60,715 nt of DNA from an uncultured virus (IMG/VR IMGVR_UViG_3300047548_000197) (IMGVR_UViG_3300047548_000197), one strand, 5' to 3'. Positions 7,514 to 18,600 are shown, numbered from the stretch's first letter. The notes: generated by a model from the letters alone, not told the origin. Program-made: numbers and translations.

Positions 7514-9313
7514 TTATGCGTATTTTCTTTGCATGTATCTCGATAACGTAGAGTCTTGATTTCGTATCGGAGATTTAATAAACTGATTCTGAACTGTGCT
7601 GTTAGTCACTGGTGCGTTAACCACATTTGTTTTGTTTCCACCAGAAGACTTAGAAGCTGCGCCAGCATTTTCACCAGACTTAGCATAAACTAAACCAGCT
7701 TGTCCCATCGCAGCACCCATAGCTGCAATCTTTTCTGTTGGAAGAGCAGCAATAGCCTTAATCTTATCAGTATCAATAGCAGAGAATGCTGTCATACCAC
7801 CAGCCAATTTCTCTATACCAATACCTGCCTTTTCGATGTTCTCACCTTTGTCAGCAAGACGCATTATTTGATCCATGGCAGAACCACCTGGAGTTACTGC
7901 TCCAAGTAAACCACCAACCAAATTGCCAACACCAGCCACTGCAGTACCTGCACCAAAAGCGGCAAGACCACCAGCAATAGCCAACAGACCAGCACCAACT
8001 TTTAGTAAGTTGCCACCGTCGACTTCACTTAGACGTTCTACAGCACTAACAACAGAGTCTATAACTTCAACGATGGCGTCAGAGATTGCTCCGATGATAC
8101 CCATAACAACCTCGCCAACAGCTGTGATAACTTCTGGTAATTTTTCAATAGCTGCAACGAATACATTCTGAACAACATCTGCTATTTTGATTAAAACTGG
8201 AGCGAATGCTTCCATGAATGGTGCAGCATATCCTAGTGCTTTACCGATACCCATAATTGCTAGTGTTGCTGCGCCAAGACCAACTATAGTTGCTGGATTA
8301 GCCATTGCTGCTAATCCCATAGCTAGTCCACGTAGGAAACCAGCAATACCTCTACCTGCTCCACCACCTAATCTAGCTAAACCATTACCTAGTTTTTCTA
8401 GACCCTTTCCGATACCTCCAAGCAAACCACCACCTGAATCACCAGAAGCAGCAGAAGCCTTTTGTTCTGATCCACCACCTCTTGTGTTTTCTTCGATTTT
8501 AGATAGCAAGTCAGATTGAGCAGAAATTGCCTTTGTTTGTTCGGCTGCCATTTCTTGCTGTTCGCCTTGACTAGCAAATGCTTGTGATGGTGTTTCAGAT
8601 ACAGTTGCTAGGGCTTTAGAGCCTAAATCAAATTTAGAATACTCAGATTCAAAACCTTTTTTCTTATCGAGAAGTTTAGCCATCTCTGGGTTTGTTTTGG
8701 CAATCTGTTCAGCGCTGTACTTTCCACCAGTGTCTGAAACCATCTTATCGATCTGGGCTTTATTCTTATCTGCATCTTTCTTGATTGCATATGCAGATTC
8801 GAAATTACTAGACAATTCTTTTTCGGTGCCTTTAAAACCAAGAGCTTTTTGTTCGGTGGCAAATCTCTGCTTTTCTAACTTCTTATCATTGATACCTAAA
8901 ATGTTAGTATTTTGTAAAAATGACTTTTTGATATTTTCACCAGAGAACTTTTCTTTTATATTTGAGAATGTGCTCTTTACTTTTTCCAATGGAGTCTTAA
9001 AGGACTTCATACCTTCCATGACTTTGGCCAGTTCTTCTTCTCTCTTTTTACGGTCAGAGATATCATCTTTCATCAACTGAAGTTGCTCTTGTTGCGCTTT
9101 TAGAGCGTCTTTCTGAACCTTTAAAGAGTCTGACTCAATTTTTTCTTGGCGATCACCATCATCATCAATTTTTTTAGTCTCCATAAGAGTTGCTATTTGA
9201 GCAAGTTGAGCTTCTTCTAGCAATGCTCTTATAGAGAATAGCTGTTCATTAGCCACTGCTTGTGCGTTAAGCATGGCTTGAAAACTTTTTGGTGATGCGG
9301 TTATAACTGTCAT
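7514..9313 (-). CDS. Tape-measure-like protein (gp29 analogue)
   Basis: Coiled-coil N-half, Gly/Ala-rich hydrophobic helices in C-half, 599 aa; follows gp26/gp51-like genes. Confidence 0.7.
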   Translation of the reverse strand: MTVITASPKSFQAMLNAQAVANEQLFSIRALLEEAQLAQIATLMETKKIDDDGDRQEKIESDSLKVQKDALKAQQEQLQLMKDDISDRKKREEELAKVMEGMKSFKTPLEKVKSTFSNIKEKFSGENIKKSFLQNTNILGINDKKLEKQRFATEQKALGFKGTEKELSSNFESAYAIKKDADKNKAQIDKMVSDTGGKYSAEQIAKTNPEMAKLLDKKKGFESEYSKFDLGSKALATVSETPSQAFASQGEQQEMAAEQTKAISAQSDLLSKIEENTRGGGSEQKASAASGDSGGGLLGGIGKGLEKLGNGLARLGGGAGRGIAGFLRGLAMGLAAMANPATIVGLGAATLAIMGIGKALGYAAPFMEAFAPVLIKIADVVQNVFVAAIEKLPEVITAVGEVVMGIIGAISDAIVEVIDSVVSAVERLSEVDGGNLLKVGAGLLAIAGGLAAFGAGTAVAGVGNLVGGLLGAVTPGGSAMDQIMRLADKGENIEKAGIGIEKLAGGMTAFSAIDTDKIKAIAALPTEKIAAMGAAMGQAGLVYAKSGENAGAASKSSGGNKTNVVNAPVTNSTVQNQFIKSPIRNQDSTLSRYMQRKYA

Positions 9314-9450
9314 CGCTTACTTTCTAATCTTTGTTTTTCTTCTTCTAGATACTGTACTAGCATCGCAACATAAACATCTCTCTCGAATGGAATCATATTT
9401 TCTAGTTCATTCAATGAGTATTTGTGATACTGCATCAATGCAAAGTTCAT
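9310..9450 (-). CDS. gp51: gp51-like baseplate hub assembly protein (short ORF, probably expressed as frameshift fusion)
   Basis: Manual translation MNFALMQYHKYSLNELENMIPFERDVYVAMLVQYLEEEKQRLESKR*; ATGA overlap with tape-measure start; absent from ORF track. Confidence 0.8.
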   Translation of the reverse strand: MNFALMQYHKYSLNELENMIPFERDVYVAMLVQYLEEEKQRLESKR

Positions 9451-9488
9451 TTTATAGAAGTTGAACAGCGATTCATGACAAAGATTTA

Positions 9489-10211
9489 TTAAAAAAAACT
9501 TTGCATTCCTTCTAGGACTTTCTTGTGTTGCTTACCGCAAACAGGACATCCATATTCAACTTCTTTACTAATACGTGGCATTGTAGAAAAGAACTCTTGT
9601 ACTTTAACGAACTGCTCAGAAGTTAAATTATTCAAGAACTGAATCAACTCTTCTTTCTTTTGTTCCTTACCGTAGAAGATCTCATCTCCTTGATAGATGT
9701 AATCAATAGACTCTGCAACTACAGAGAATACTGCATCTAAATCATTGCCGTTTAAATTTTCTAACTGCTTCATTATATCTAATGTTGGATACTTTAGAAC
9801 AACTCCAACATCTCCGAACAGCTCAATCTTGTTTGTGTGTGATGGAACTTTTACTACTTCTAATTTTGTCAGATCAATAGAAATCTTAACACGAGCCTTG
9901 TCGTTGTCTTCTCCATGGTCATTATCGCATGGGAATAATAAGTCAATAACTTCACCAACAGATTTTGCTCTAATTTGGGTAAAGATGTATTCTAAATCGA
10001 ATGTCGCTAGTTTATCGACGTCAACCTTGTCAATCAAACAAGATTTAATTACTGACTTCAAACTATCAACCATGATAGTGACATCTTCTGATTGTTGCGC
10101 GATAAGAAGAGCCTTTTCTTCTTTAACGAGAAACGGACGATATTTAACTGAAACTCCAGTTGAAGGTACTACCAAATTGTAGGTTGGTGTACTCATTATA
10201 GGTAAAGACAT
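9489..10211 (-). CDS. gp26: gp26-like baseplate hub assembly protein
   Basis: YRPFLVKEEKALL, FDLEYIFTQIRAKSVGE, CPVCG, EGMQSFF. Confidence 0.88.
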   Translation of the reverse strand: MSLPIMSTPTYNLVVPSTGVSVKYRPFLVKEEKALLIAQQSEDVTIMVDSLKSVIKSCLIDKVDVDKLATFDLEYIFTQIRAKSVGEVIDLLFPCDNDHGEDNDKARVKISIDLTKLEVVKVPSHTNKIELFGDVGVVLKYPTLDIMKQLENLNGNDLDAVFSVVAESIDYIYQGDEIFYGKEQKKEELIQFLNNLTSEQFVKVQEFFSTMPRISKEVEYGCPVCGKQHKKVLEGMQSFF

Positions 10212-10213
10212 AA

Positions 10214-10630
10214 TTATTCTCCTTTAGTCATATTCTTGATCATTTTGTTCAACTCAGCAGTGCTACCAACAAAGATAGCATTGTTATTAGTCACTTGCTT
10301 AGACGCTTCTCCTTTTTCTGGAGTGTCTAACTTTTTCTTCTGTTGATGTATATCCATAAGTTGTTGGTTAACATCAGCCAGTTGTTTCATTAAGTTACCC
10401 ACAACTTCAAATGCTCTTGGGTGTTCAGATTGTTTAGCTACTTCTAGTGCATGTTGCAGCGCTGCCTTACCAGAAGTTAACAACTCACGTAAATTTCCTC
10501 TTGCTGCATCATAATCATCTTCTATTTTAGAATTAGAAGGTACAACAAGTTCACCATCTTTAGTCACTACATCTGTCACGTTTGATGGTGCTACATCAAA
10601 CACACTAGACAGGTTATCATCAATCTTCAT
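10214..10630 (-). CDS. gp16: Terminase small subunit gp16
   Basis: DDY..AR.NL, HPRAFEV, NNAIFVGSTAEL. Confidence 0.85.
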   Translation of the reverse strand: MKIDDNLSSVFDVAPSNVTDVVTKDGELVVPSNSKIEDDYDAARGNLRELLTSGKAALQHALEVAKQSEHPRAFEVVGNLMKQLADVNQQLMDIHQQKKKLDTPEKGEASKQVTNNNAIFVGSTAELNKMIKNMTKGE

Positions 10631-10633
10631 AAA

Positions 10634-11287
10634 TTACCTTTTAAGTTTACCAATCAAACTTGGAAGTTTAGTGACTGCATAAGAACCAGCAGCACCCATT
10701 AAGAACTTTCCAACTTTACCATACTTATCAACAAGGCTCTTGTCTGTTGCGCCACCAGCAGCTGATGTGGATACAGTTTTAGATGTCCAGTGTTTATATT
10801 GCATTGTCACATTTAATTTTAGAGTGTCCTTAGAAGAATAATCTAGAGCCACTGCTCCGATATTCTTTGGATAACACTCAAACAGTTCTACTTCATAACG
10901 AGAATTATCATTTATGTCTTGAACTTGAATCTTCATAGATCCGATATAGTCTTTATAATAACTGAATGTTCTATCGTATGGATTTTGAATCAATCCCATC
11001 CAAGCATCAAAGAAGAACTTAACTTCCATGTCTTGATCCATATAGAACGACAAGTTAATATTGTCAAATAACTTCTCGTATGGCACTTCTCTAATCTCGC
11101 CAAAAACTCTGTTTGGTGTGGTAGAAAGATTGAGACCTGGAAGTTGTGCTTGATCGCAGAACATCAAAATCTTTTGCATGTTACCGATAGCACTCATACC
11201 AATAGGTGGTGTTATTTCAACAGCATAGTGAGACCCTCGAGCCAGCCCACCAGTCTTTACTTGAGCGATGAAATCTTTTAAAGCCAT
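10634..11287 (-). CDS. Tail-tube-fold baseplate protein (gp54/gp19-like)
   Basis: LARGSHY, CDQAQLPG, FFDAW, LFECYP, tube-protein pattern. Confidence 0.75.
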   Translation of the reverse strand: MALKDFIAQVKTGGLARGSHYAVEITPPIGMSAIGNMQKILMFCDQAQLPGLNLSTTPNRVFGEIREVPYEKLFDNINLSFYMDQDMEVKFFFDAWMGLIQNPYDRTFSYYKDYIGSMKIQVQDINDNSRYEVELFECYPKNIGAVALDYSSKDTLKLNVTMQYKHWTSKTVSTSAAGGATDKSLVDKYGKVGKFLMGAAGSYAVTKLPSLIGKLKR

Positions 11288-11886
11288 TAGCGTTTTCTCA
11301 TAATTCGTCTGGATTCTGCCCAGACTGCTTGTTTATCCAACTTGACGAATTTCTCTACAGGTAGAAGCATAGCAGTAGTCCAATCATTGGCATCTACTTT
11401 TCTGAACTGGCTTCTAACATGATCACCCAAGTATCTTTTCACGCATGGTTGAGCAGCAGCAAATTTGGAAACTCCATCTATAACTGCCCAAGAATACTTT
11501 AATCTTGTCAACTCATCCATTCTATTATTTGTTCTGAACATCATTAAGTTATCCAACAAACCAACTCTTAGTTGATATGGAAGATAATGCATATTCAATC
11601 CATAGAAACCGTCTTCTGTTCTTCTGTATGGGAAAACCAACGGGAATCTATCGTAATACGGTAGTTTATCTTTAGTCTTTGGATCATACATGAACATATA
11701 AAGATGCCCAGCTTGGATCCTATTTTCTAGCTTGTCTGGGTTTGTAGCCAGTAGCTTTTGTGGCGTGAGGTTTTCCCCAGCCAGCATTCTGACTTGTTGA
11801 TCGAACCAACTTCTTGATCTCTTGGCAGCTGTAGCCAAGTCATAGCGGTTACGTTCGAATACGTCTTTTACGGGTTGTTTTGCCAT
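11287..11886 (-). CDS. gp2: DNA end protector gp2
   Basis: YDPKTKDKLPYYDRFPL, GLNMHYLP, CVKRYL. Confidence 0.9.
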   Translation of the reverse strand: MAKQPVKDVFERNRYDLATAAKRSRSWFDQQVRMLAGENLTPQKLLATNPDKLENRIQAGHLYMFMYDPKTKDKLPYYDRFPLVFPYRRTEDGFYGLNMHYLPYQLRVGLLDNLMMFRTNNRMDELTRLKYSWAVIDGVSKFAAAQPCVKRYLGDHVRSQFRKVDANDWTTAMLLPVEKFVKLDKQAVWAESRRIMRKR

Positions 11887-11890
11887 TTAA

Positions 11891-12337
11891 TTATTTAGGT
11901 TGTTTGAGACCGAGTTCATATTCTGTTATGATCTTAAATTCCCACCCACGATCCTTGGCATACTCAGTTGCAGCTTTCCACTTGGCTTGGTTTTTTAAGA
12001 ATGTCATTGATTCTGTTAGATAACGCTTGGTTTGTTTCCCTGGATACACAGGTGGAATCGTTTGAGCAGCTGGTTTTATCTCAACCAGATATGTTTTTAG
12101 AATACCGTCTGTTGTGCGAACTTGTATTTTAAAGTCAACAAAATAACGGTGGATATAGTTATCGGTTGGGCAACGATATGGGATTATGGTTTCCTCTGAA
12201 CTCCATTTGACTATGTTCGGGTTTTTATCGCACCAATTTGCAAAACGAGTCTCCCAACTAGACCTCATTATGATATTTGATGGGTCTCCTGTGTATTTCT
12301 CTGGAAATACAGGTGTGTACTTTCTTTTATGGAACAT
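11891..12337 (-). CDS. gp4: Head completion nuclease gp4
   Basis: RSSWE, WSSEE, HRYFVDF, EIKP, NQAKW, FKIITE. Confidence 0.93.
   Translation of the reverse strand: MFHKRKYTPVFPEKYTGDPSNIIMRSSWETRFANWCDKNPNIVKWSSEETIIPYRCPTDNYIHRYFVDFKIQVRTTDGILKTYLVEIKPAAQTIPPVYPGKQTKRYLTESMTFLKNQAKWKAATEYAKDRGWEFKIITEYELGLKQPK
11892..11898 (-). promoter_or_regulatory. Late promoter CTAAATA before gp2
   Basis: Variant of T4 TATAAATA, 5 nt before ATG. Confidence 0.65.
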
Positions 12338-12372
12338 AAATAATAGAAGATAATTTCATACCCTTTATTTAG
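12336..12372. promoter_or_regulatory. Pair of late promoters: ATAAATA (+, 12336-12342) and CTAAATA (-, 12372-12366)
   Basis: Located at the divergence point of the two late operons. Confidence 0.65.
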
Positions 12373-12383
12373 AAGAACACCCG

Positions 12384-13886
12384 ATGGCAACAGTCGCAGA
12401 ATTAGAGTTACAATACGCTCAAACGCAAACTGCCTTAGACGCAGAGAACGAGAAGAATAAAAAGATTCGAGATGAAGCTGACGCACTTCGCGACAAGGCG
12501 AGACAATTACGTCAGGGTGGAGACGTTGCTGGCGCTAATCAACTGCGCGATCAAGCAGAGGCACTTGAAGCAACTACAACTAGCACAGCTGCAGACGCCA
12601 ATCAAGCTAAGTGGAGAGAATTAGAAGCTGCAAAAAATGCTGAATATGAGGCTTCTCAGAAAGCTAAGTATGAAGCTGAGCGAGCTTCTGAACAAAAAGT
12701 TACCGAAGCTGCTCCATCTTCTACATCTGCAGGCGCAGCAGCTGCTTCTACGAGCGAGGGGACATCTTCTAGCACTACTGCTTCAGAACAAGCAGCGCCA
12801 GTACAAGAACCCGCTTCAGCAGCAACATCTTCTCCAACAGCAACTCCGACTACAGCTAAGTCTTCTACTAATGCAAACAAGTATGAAGTCAAGAATCATA
12901 TGTATCCAGATGACTTAATGTCAGACGAATCAAAGTATGGTAAGCATTATGTTATTTTCTATATTAACGTAGCAAGTGATTCTAAGTTAGTTAATGGAAA
13001 GAATGCTGCAGCAACGGTCAATGATATGACGCCAAGAGATGCTGGAGATATGGTTGGAAGTAAAATGACCAAAACTGGCTTGATTGCTTCTAATGCCACT
13101 GTTAATACAATCGGAGGCGTAGCAGCTGGTTCTATTGCATTGGGCGGTGGTATAAAAGGTGCGGCAAAGGGTGCAGCAATAGCAAACATTGGAACAGTTG
13201 GTGTTGGCGTTGCATCAACACTAGCTCCAGAAGTTCTTCGTGGTAAGAAACGACTAAAGACTGCGATTGCCTTACACGTACCTAACCAGCTACAAATTAG
13301 ATACGGTGTTCAGTGGTCAGATGAAGATACTGCTATATTGGCTATGGCATCAGAAGGTGGAGAAGAAATCGTTAAGGCTTTGAGTGGAGACAAGAACAGT
13401 GATGTTACTGGTGTTGGTGCCGCAATTATAGCAAACTTAGCGCTATCTAAAGGACCAAACGCTGGAGCAAATTCTGCAGCACTTGGTTTGGCGGCAAACC
13501 CAAAGAAAGAACAAGTATTTAAAGGTGTTGATTATAGATCATTCCAGTTTGAATATCAGTTTTTCCCAAGAAGCATCAACGAAGCTAGAAATGTTCTACG
13601 AATAATCGAAGAATTTAAATATCATATGCATCCTGAATTCAAGGATGACAACAATTTTGTTTATGTGTATCCATCTGAGTTTGACATTTTTTACTACCAG
13701 AACGGTAAAGAAAACCCAAACCTACACAGACATACCTCTTGTGTTTTAACAGAAATGAGTATTAACTATACACCTAACGGTTCGTTCAATACTTTCGCTA
13801 ATGGTATGCCAACACAGATTAACGTACAATTATCATTCAGAGAACTGGCTCTATTGACAAAAGATAAAATCAAGGCTGGACTATAA
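12384..13886 (+). CDS. gp48: Baseplate tail-tube cap gp48 with N-terminal extension
   Basis: NPKKEQVFKGVDYRSFQFEYQFFPRS, YPSEFDI, CVLTEMSINYTP, LSFREL. Confidence 0.88.
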   Translation: MATVAELELQYAQTQTALDAENEKNKKIRDEADALRDKARQLRQGGDVAGANQLRDQAEALEATTTSTAADANQAKWRELEAAKNAEYEASQKAKYEAERASEQKVTEAAPSSTSAGAAAASTSEGTSSSTTASEQAAPVQEPASAATSSPTATPTTAKSSTNANKYEVKNHMYPDDLMSDESKYGKHYVIFYINVASDSKLVNGKNAAATVNDMTPRDAGDMVGSKMTKTGLIASNATVNTIGGVAAGSIALGGGIKGAAKGAAIANIGTVGVGVASTLAPEVLRGKKRLKTAIALHVPNQLQIRYGVQWSDEDTAILAMASEGGEEIVKALSGDKNSDVTGVGAAIIANLALSKGPNAGANSAALGLAANPKKEQVFKGVDYRSFQFEYQFFPRSINEARNVLRIIEEFKYHMHPEFKDDNNFVYVYPSEFDIFYYQNGKENPNLHRHTSCVLTEMSINYTPNGSFNTFANGMPTQINVQLSFRELALLTKDKIKAGL

Positions 13887-14377
13887 TGTATTTTAAAGAA
13901 TTTCCTGAAACTCTTTATGATTTCAATATCGCTGGAAAAGACAAAGTTATGTTGGTTAAAGACATAACTAGAAATATCAGATTCCGTCGCGATGTATTGG
14001 CTAACATAACTCTCTACGATTTATACGATATCGTTGATGGAGAGACACCAGAGATTATTGCTGAGAAGTTTTATGGTGATGCTCAGTATCATTGGATTGT
14101 TATGCTTGCCAATGATCGTTATGACTATGTCGCAGATTTTCCTATGACATATAATGTTCTATGGGAATACATAAAAGCAAAATATGGAGATCAAAAATAC
14201 TACCCACACCATTGGGTTTCTCCTTCTGGTTATATTGTTGATTCTGATTTTCCAGGTGCATTGCCGATATCAAACATCAAATACGAAGAAGACCTTAACG
14301 AGAGCAAAAGAAGAATAAAGATAATTTCACCATCTCTTATTAGTTCTATATTAAAGAATTTCGCTGAAGAACTATAA
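13886..14377 (+). CDS. gp53: Baseplate wedge gp53
   Basis: MYFKEFP, GETPEIIAEKFYG..HWIVMLAN, YEEDLNESKRRIKII. Confidence 0.92.
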   Translation: MYFKEFPETLYDFNIAGKDKVMLVKDITRNIRFRRDVLANITLYDLYDIVDGETPEIIAEKFYGDAQYHWIVMLANDRYDYVADFPMTYNVLWEYIKAKYGDQKYYPHHWVSPSGYIVDSDFPGALPISNIKYEEDLNESKRRIKIISPSLISSILKNFAEEL

Positions 14378-15660
14378 TGACAACAAACACTAATTCTATT
14401 AGGTTTGCTGGTGATGTCAGTGTCACTAAAGCAAGAATAACATCGAGTACTGGATTTTTCCAAGATATAACTGCACAGGTTATAACTATCCAAGTATACG
14501 AGGATTTGTTTTCCCCATTTATTTCTGGAAGTTTGATTTTAAAAGAATCTATAGATTTTGTTAACTTATTTCCATTTATAGGCGAAGAAACCTTAGAATT
14601 AGAGATAACAACACCTGCTATCAAGACTGGTAGCATCAAAGGCACTTTTTATATCTACAAATTAACTGATAGAGAACTTGTTGGCGATCGTTCTGTTGTG
14701 TATCAACTACACTTTATATCACCAGAAGCTGTTATTGATCTTAATAAGAAAATTAGTAAAATCTACTCTGGTAATGTTGGAGATATTGTAACTGATGTCG
14801 TTAAGGATAAATTAAATGGTCTACAAAGCAGCAAGCGATTAAAAGTAGAACCAACGACACAAGACACTTCATTCATATCAAATTTCTGGTCTCCAGTTAA
14901 AATTATCACTTATGCTACTGAGAATGCTGTTAACAGAAACGGTTCTCCTAGCTACACATTCTTTGAGAACAGAGATGGGTTTAATTTTGTTAGTTTAGAA
15001 TCACTTTACGATCAAAAAGTGTATCAAGACTTTGTTTATGATAGATACAGCAGAGACAATGTTGCTGGCGGTGGCACAGTTAGAAACGTAGAAAAAGATT
15101 TTAAAAGAATCACCAGCATAAACATAGCAACTGGTTTTGATTATATGGACAGAATCATGGGTGGAGCATTCGCTTCAAAAGCTATATCTTATGATTTAAC
15201 GAACAAGAAGTATAATGTCAAGATATACACAATGTTTGACAAATACACTAAACAGTACCACCTAAACAAATTCCCAATAACATCTGACAAGCTAGTGTTT
15301 AGATCGAATGCATTGTTGGTCAACTACCCAAGACAATTAAATACATTCAATGGATTTGAAGATACAAGTAACATTAAAACTTTCCAAGAGAGACTTTCTC
15401 TAATGAAACTTGCAGAGTCTAATAAGATTAGTATTACAGTCCCAGGTCGAACTGATTATACTGTTGGTCAATTAGTCTCAGTTTCTTTACATAAAGTAGA
15501 ACAGATAACACAAGACGATCGTGATATTAGAGACAAGATGTTTTCTGGTAAGTATTTGATTTCTGCTATCAATCACCATATAACTAAAAAAGAACATGAG
15601 TGTCATATGGAATTGATTAAAGAAAGTTTGGAATTAGATTTGAATAAGGTTAGAAAATAA
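14377..15660 (+). CDS. Baseplate hub protein (gp27/gpD-like)
   Basis: YEDLFSPFISG, FFENRDGFNFVSL, VPG..GQ, SGKYLISAINH; located between gp53 and gp5. Confidence 0.75.
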   Translation: MTTNTNSIRFAGDVSVTKARITSSTGFFQDITAQVITIQVYEDLFSPFISGSLILKESIDFVNLFPFIGEETLELEITTPAIKTGSIKGTFYIYKLTDRELVGDRSVVYQLHFISPEAVIDLNKKISKIYSGNVGDIVTDVVKDKLNGLQSSKRLKVEPTTQDTSFISNFWSPVKIITYATENAVNRNGSPSYTFFENRDGFNFVSLESLYDQKVYQDFVYDRYSRDNVAGGGTVRNVEKDFKRITSINIATGFDYMDRIMGGAFASKAISYDLTNKKYNVKIYTMFDKYTKQYHLNKFPITSDKLVFRSNALLVNYPRQLNTFNGFEDTSNIKTFQERLSLMKLAESNKISITVPGRTDYTVGQLVSVSLHKVEQITQDDRDIRDKMFSGKYLISAINHHITKKEHECHMELIKESLELDLNKVRK

Positions 15661-18600
15661 TGTTTTATACTGGCGTTGTAGAAAATAGAAACGATCCACT
15701 AAGTCTTGGTCGTTGTCAAGTTAGAGTTGTTGGGTTACACACCCATGACAAAACTCAACTTCCAACTAACCATCTTCCATGGGCTATTCCATTACAGCCA
15801 GTAACATCTGCTGCGATGAATGGTATTGGTCAAACGCCAATTGGTCCAGTTGAAGGTACAACAGTTATTATCACTTATGCCGATGAAGACCAGCAGTATC
15901 CTATAATGCTTGGAACTGTTGGTGGTATTGCAAGAACACCAACTGCTATTGGTTCTGATGATGATGGTGAAATCACAGAGAAAATAAAAGACATTCAACT
16001 TAGAACTATAGTTGGACCAGTTACTGGTAAGAAGTTAACATTCATAGATCCTGAGTTGGGTAGAGTCGACTTGACTCGAAGTCTAAAAGCCAACATGCGA
16101 GTTATTGGCTTTGGTATTCCAGAAAACACATTCATCGTTAGTATTGACAGTGGCACTGAGATAACTATTAGTTCTGCAGTCACTGGCTATGGCGAAAACA
16201 TAATCTCATTTAAAGAAGCGCCAACTAACTTAGACGCAGTGCTACAATCTAAAGTCGAAGGAGTTCTAACTACATCGACTGGAGAACCAGTACTTTCTGG
16301 TAGCGGTAAACCTATCGTTATATCAGACAGTCCAGTTAAGCAAACAGATACTAATCAATCAATCCCAACGATTCCACCAAAGAGATCTACTCCAAACGAA
16401 GCAAAGGCAAAAGAAGGTATCAAAGCACTTCTTGCTGCTTGTGATAAAGTAGGTCTTACTACAAAAGAACAAAAGTGTGCTCTACTTGGTATTGCTGGTG
16501 GCGAGAGTGCTTGGATTCCACAACAAGAAGCGTATAATTACTCTCCAGCTAGATTGAAAGAGGTGTTTTCTTTTGCAACACCAGAGCAAGTAGAAAAGTA
16601 CTCAAATGCCAAGAAAAAGGGTATGTCAAGAGAAGAATTCTTCTCATGGGTGTATGGACCAACTACTCGTGGTAAAAACTTTTTGGGTAACAAAACAGAT
16701 GAAGACGGTGGTAAATATTACGGACGTGGATTTATTGGTTTAACTGGCAGAGAAAACTATACACTATTCCAGCAAAAAGCTAAGGAATTTGGTATAACTC
16801 TTGATCTCGTTAACAATCCAGATTCTTTAGATACAGACATTAATGTGTCAGCAGTTGTTGCTGCTCTCTACTTTAAGATAAAGGTTCCGCCTAAGGTTAA
16901 TCCTAGTGCACATCCTGGTTATTTTGAAGCAGCAAAGAAAGCTGTTGGTTTTAACGTACCAAACATCGCTGCAGCAAAAAGACAATTCTATGAATACTTT
17001 TATGGTGAGAATTCATACGGTGGTGTAGAAAAAGATGCTGGTGCGCCGATAGCAGTGCCACCACAAACAGAAGATGGCGTTGTTAAGCCTGGACCTTCTC
17101 CTGAGTCTGTCAAACGTGGTACAGATAATACAGGATTTAGAGATCCAAATAACAAATATCCACTACCAGATTATATCAATGAACCAGACACAAACCGTCT
17201 TGCTCGAGGTATTATAGAAGGTACAGTTATCAATAAGAAAGACGCTACTCGTGTTCAAGGCGTACCAACTGCTTCTGGTAGTATTTGGGATCAACCACAA
17301 GCACCATTCGGCGCAAAGTATCCATTCAATAAAGTTTATGAAACTGAGTCTGGTCACATTCAAGAATTTGATGACACTCCAGGTCAAGAGCGAATTCATA
17401 CATACCATCGTTCTGGCACTTTCACTGAAATTGATTCTCAAGGCACACAAGTAAACTATATTGTGGGCGACAATTTTATCTTGATGGAAAGAAATGGATG
17501 CGTACACGTTGCAGGTGAGTGTAACATAACAGTAGATGGAACCACAAACATCTTTGCTCGCTCAGACGCTAATATTGAAGTTTCTCAAAACGCGAATTTG
17601 ACTGTTGGTAATAATCTAACTGTTGGCGCTGCGAATGATATTTACATGGCAGCTGGTGGTGATGTGCTGATTAAAGCTGGCGGTGATTTTAATATACAAG
17701 CTGCAAATATCAACCAAAAGTCTGTGAACATGAATTTAGAATCATCGGCAGATATGAATATTTTAGCTGGTGCTACACTACATGCTGACTATGCTGAAGG
17801 GCAGTTTGGTAATGGCGCGAGTGGCGCTGTTGATGTAGAACTAACACCACCTGCTGTTGGAATACCAGTAAATTCTGTAGTTCCATATCTAATCCCACCA
17901 GAAAGACAATTTGAAGACAAGTCTTCTATTGAGACACCAGATGAATGGGATACACCAGAAGGGCGTCAGCAGTCGAATAAAGAAACATTGCAAGGCGTTC
18001 CTAATGCTCCAGCACCAGTTGCTTCTGAAAGTGCGCCAATTCCTAGTGGCGGCGTCACAACTAAGATTCCAGTTGATTGTCAAGTTATCTACACAACTAC
18101 AAACTTCACTAACGACTTTGTTTTATCTAAGAACTTTAGTCTAGGTATGGTCATTGATGGTGGCGTTGGTGGTAAACATAAATTGGTCGACCAAATGCTA
18201 AGAGAATCTAAGACTGGTCCAGAAAGACTTTATACAGTCGGAGAGATCGTTTGTAACTTAGCTCAGGCTTGCCAAAATATTCTTGAGCCAGCACTAGAAA
18301 TACTTCCAGGTGGTATCGGCGGATATAACAAACTATGGAGAATCAACTCTGGTTATAGACAGGTTGGTGGTATTTCTACTCCTCATTCTGACCACTGTAA
18401 AGGTTTGGCGTTTGATATTGGTATTCTAGGTAATGATAAGATTAACAAGACATATGAGCTTGTTCAAAAGTTTGAAAAACTAATGCCTTATGATCAGATT
18501 ATTCTAGAGTATCGTTATCCAGAATCTACTTGGATTCACATATCTTACAGACCTAAAGGTACTAGAAAGATGGCTTTCACTATGGTTAATGATGCTATTT

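Noticed and set aside
7700..9080. Several plus-strand ORFs over the tape-measure-like gene
   Set aside because: Antisense shadows of Gly/Ala-rich coding sequence; no RBS or motifs
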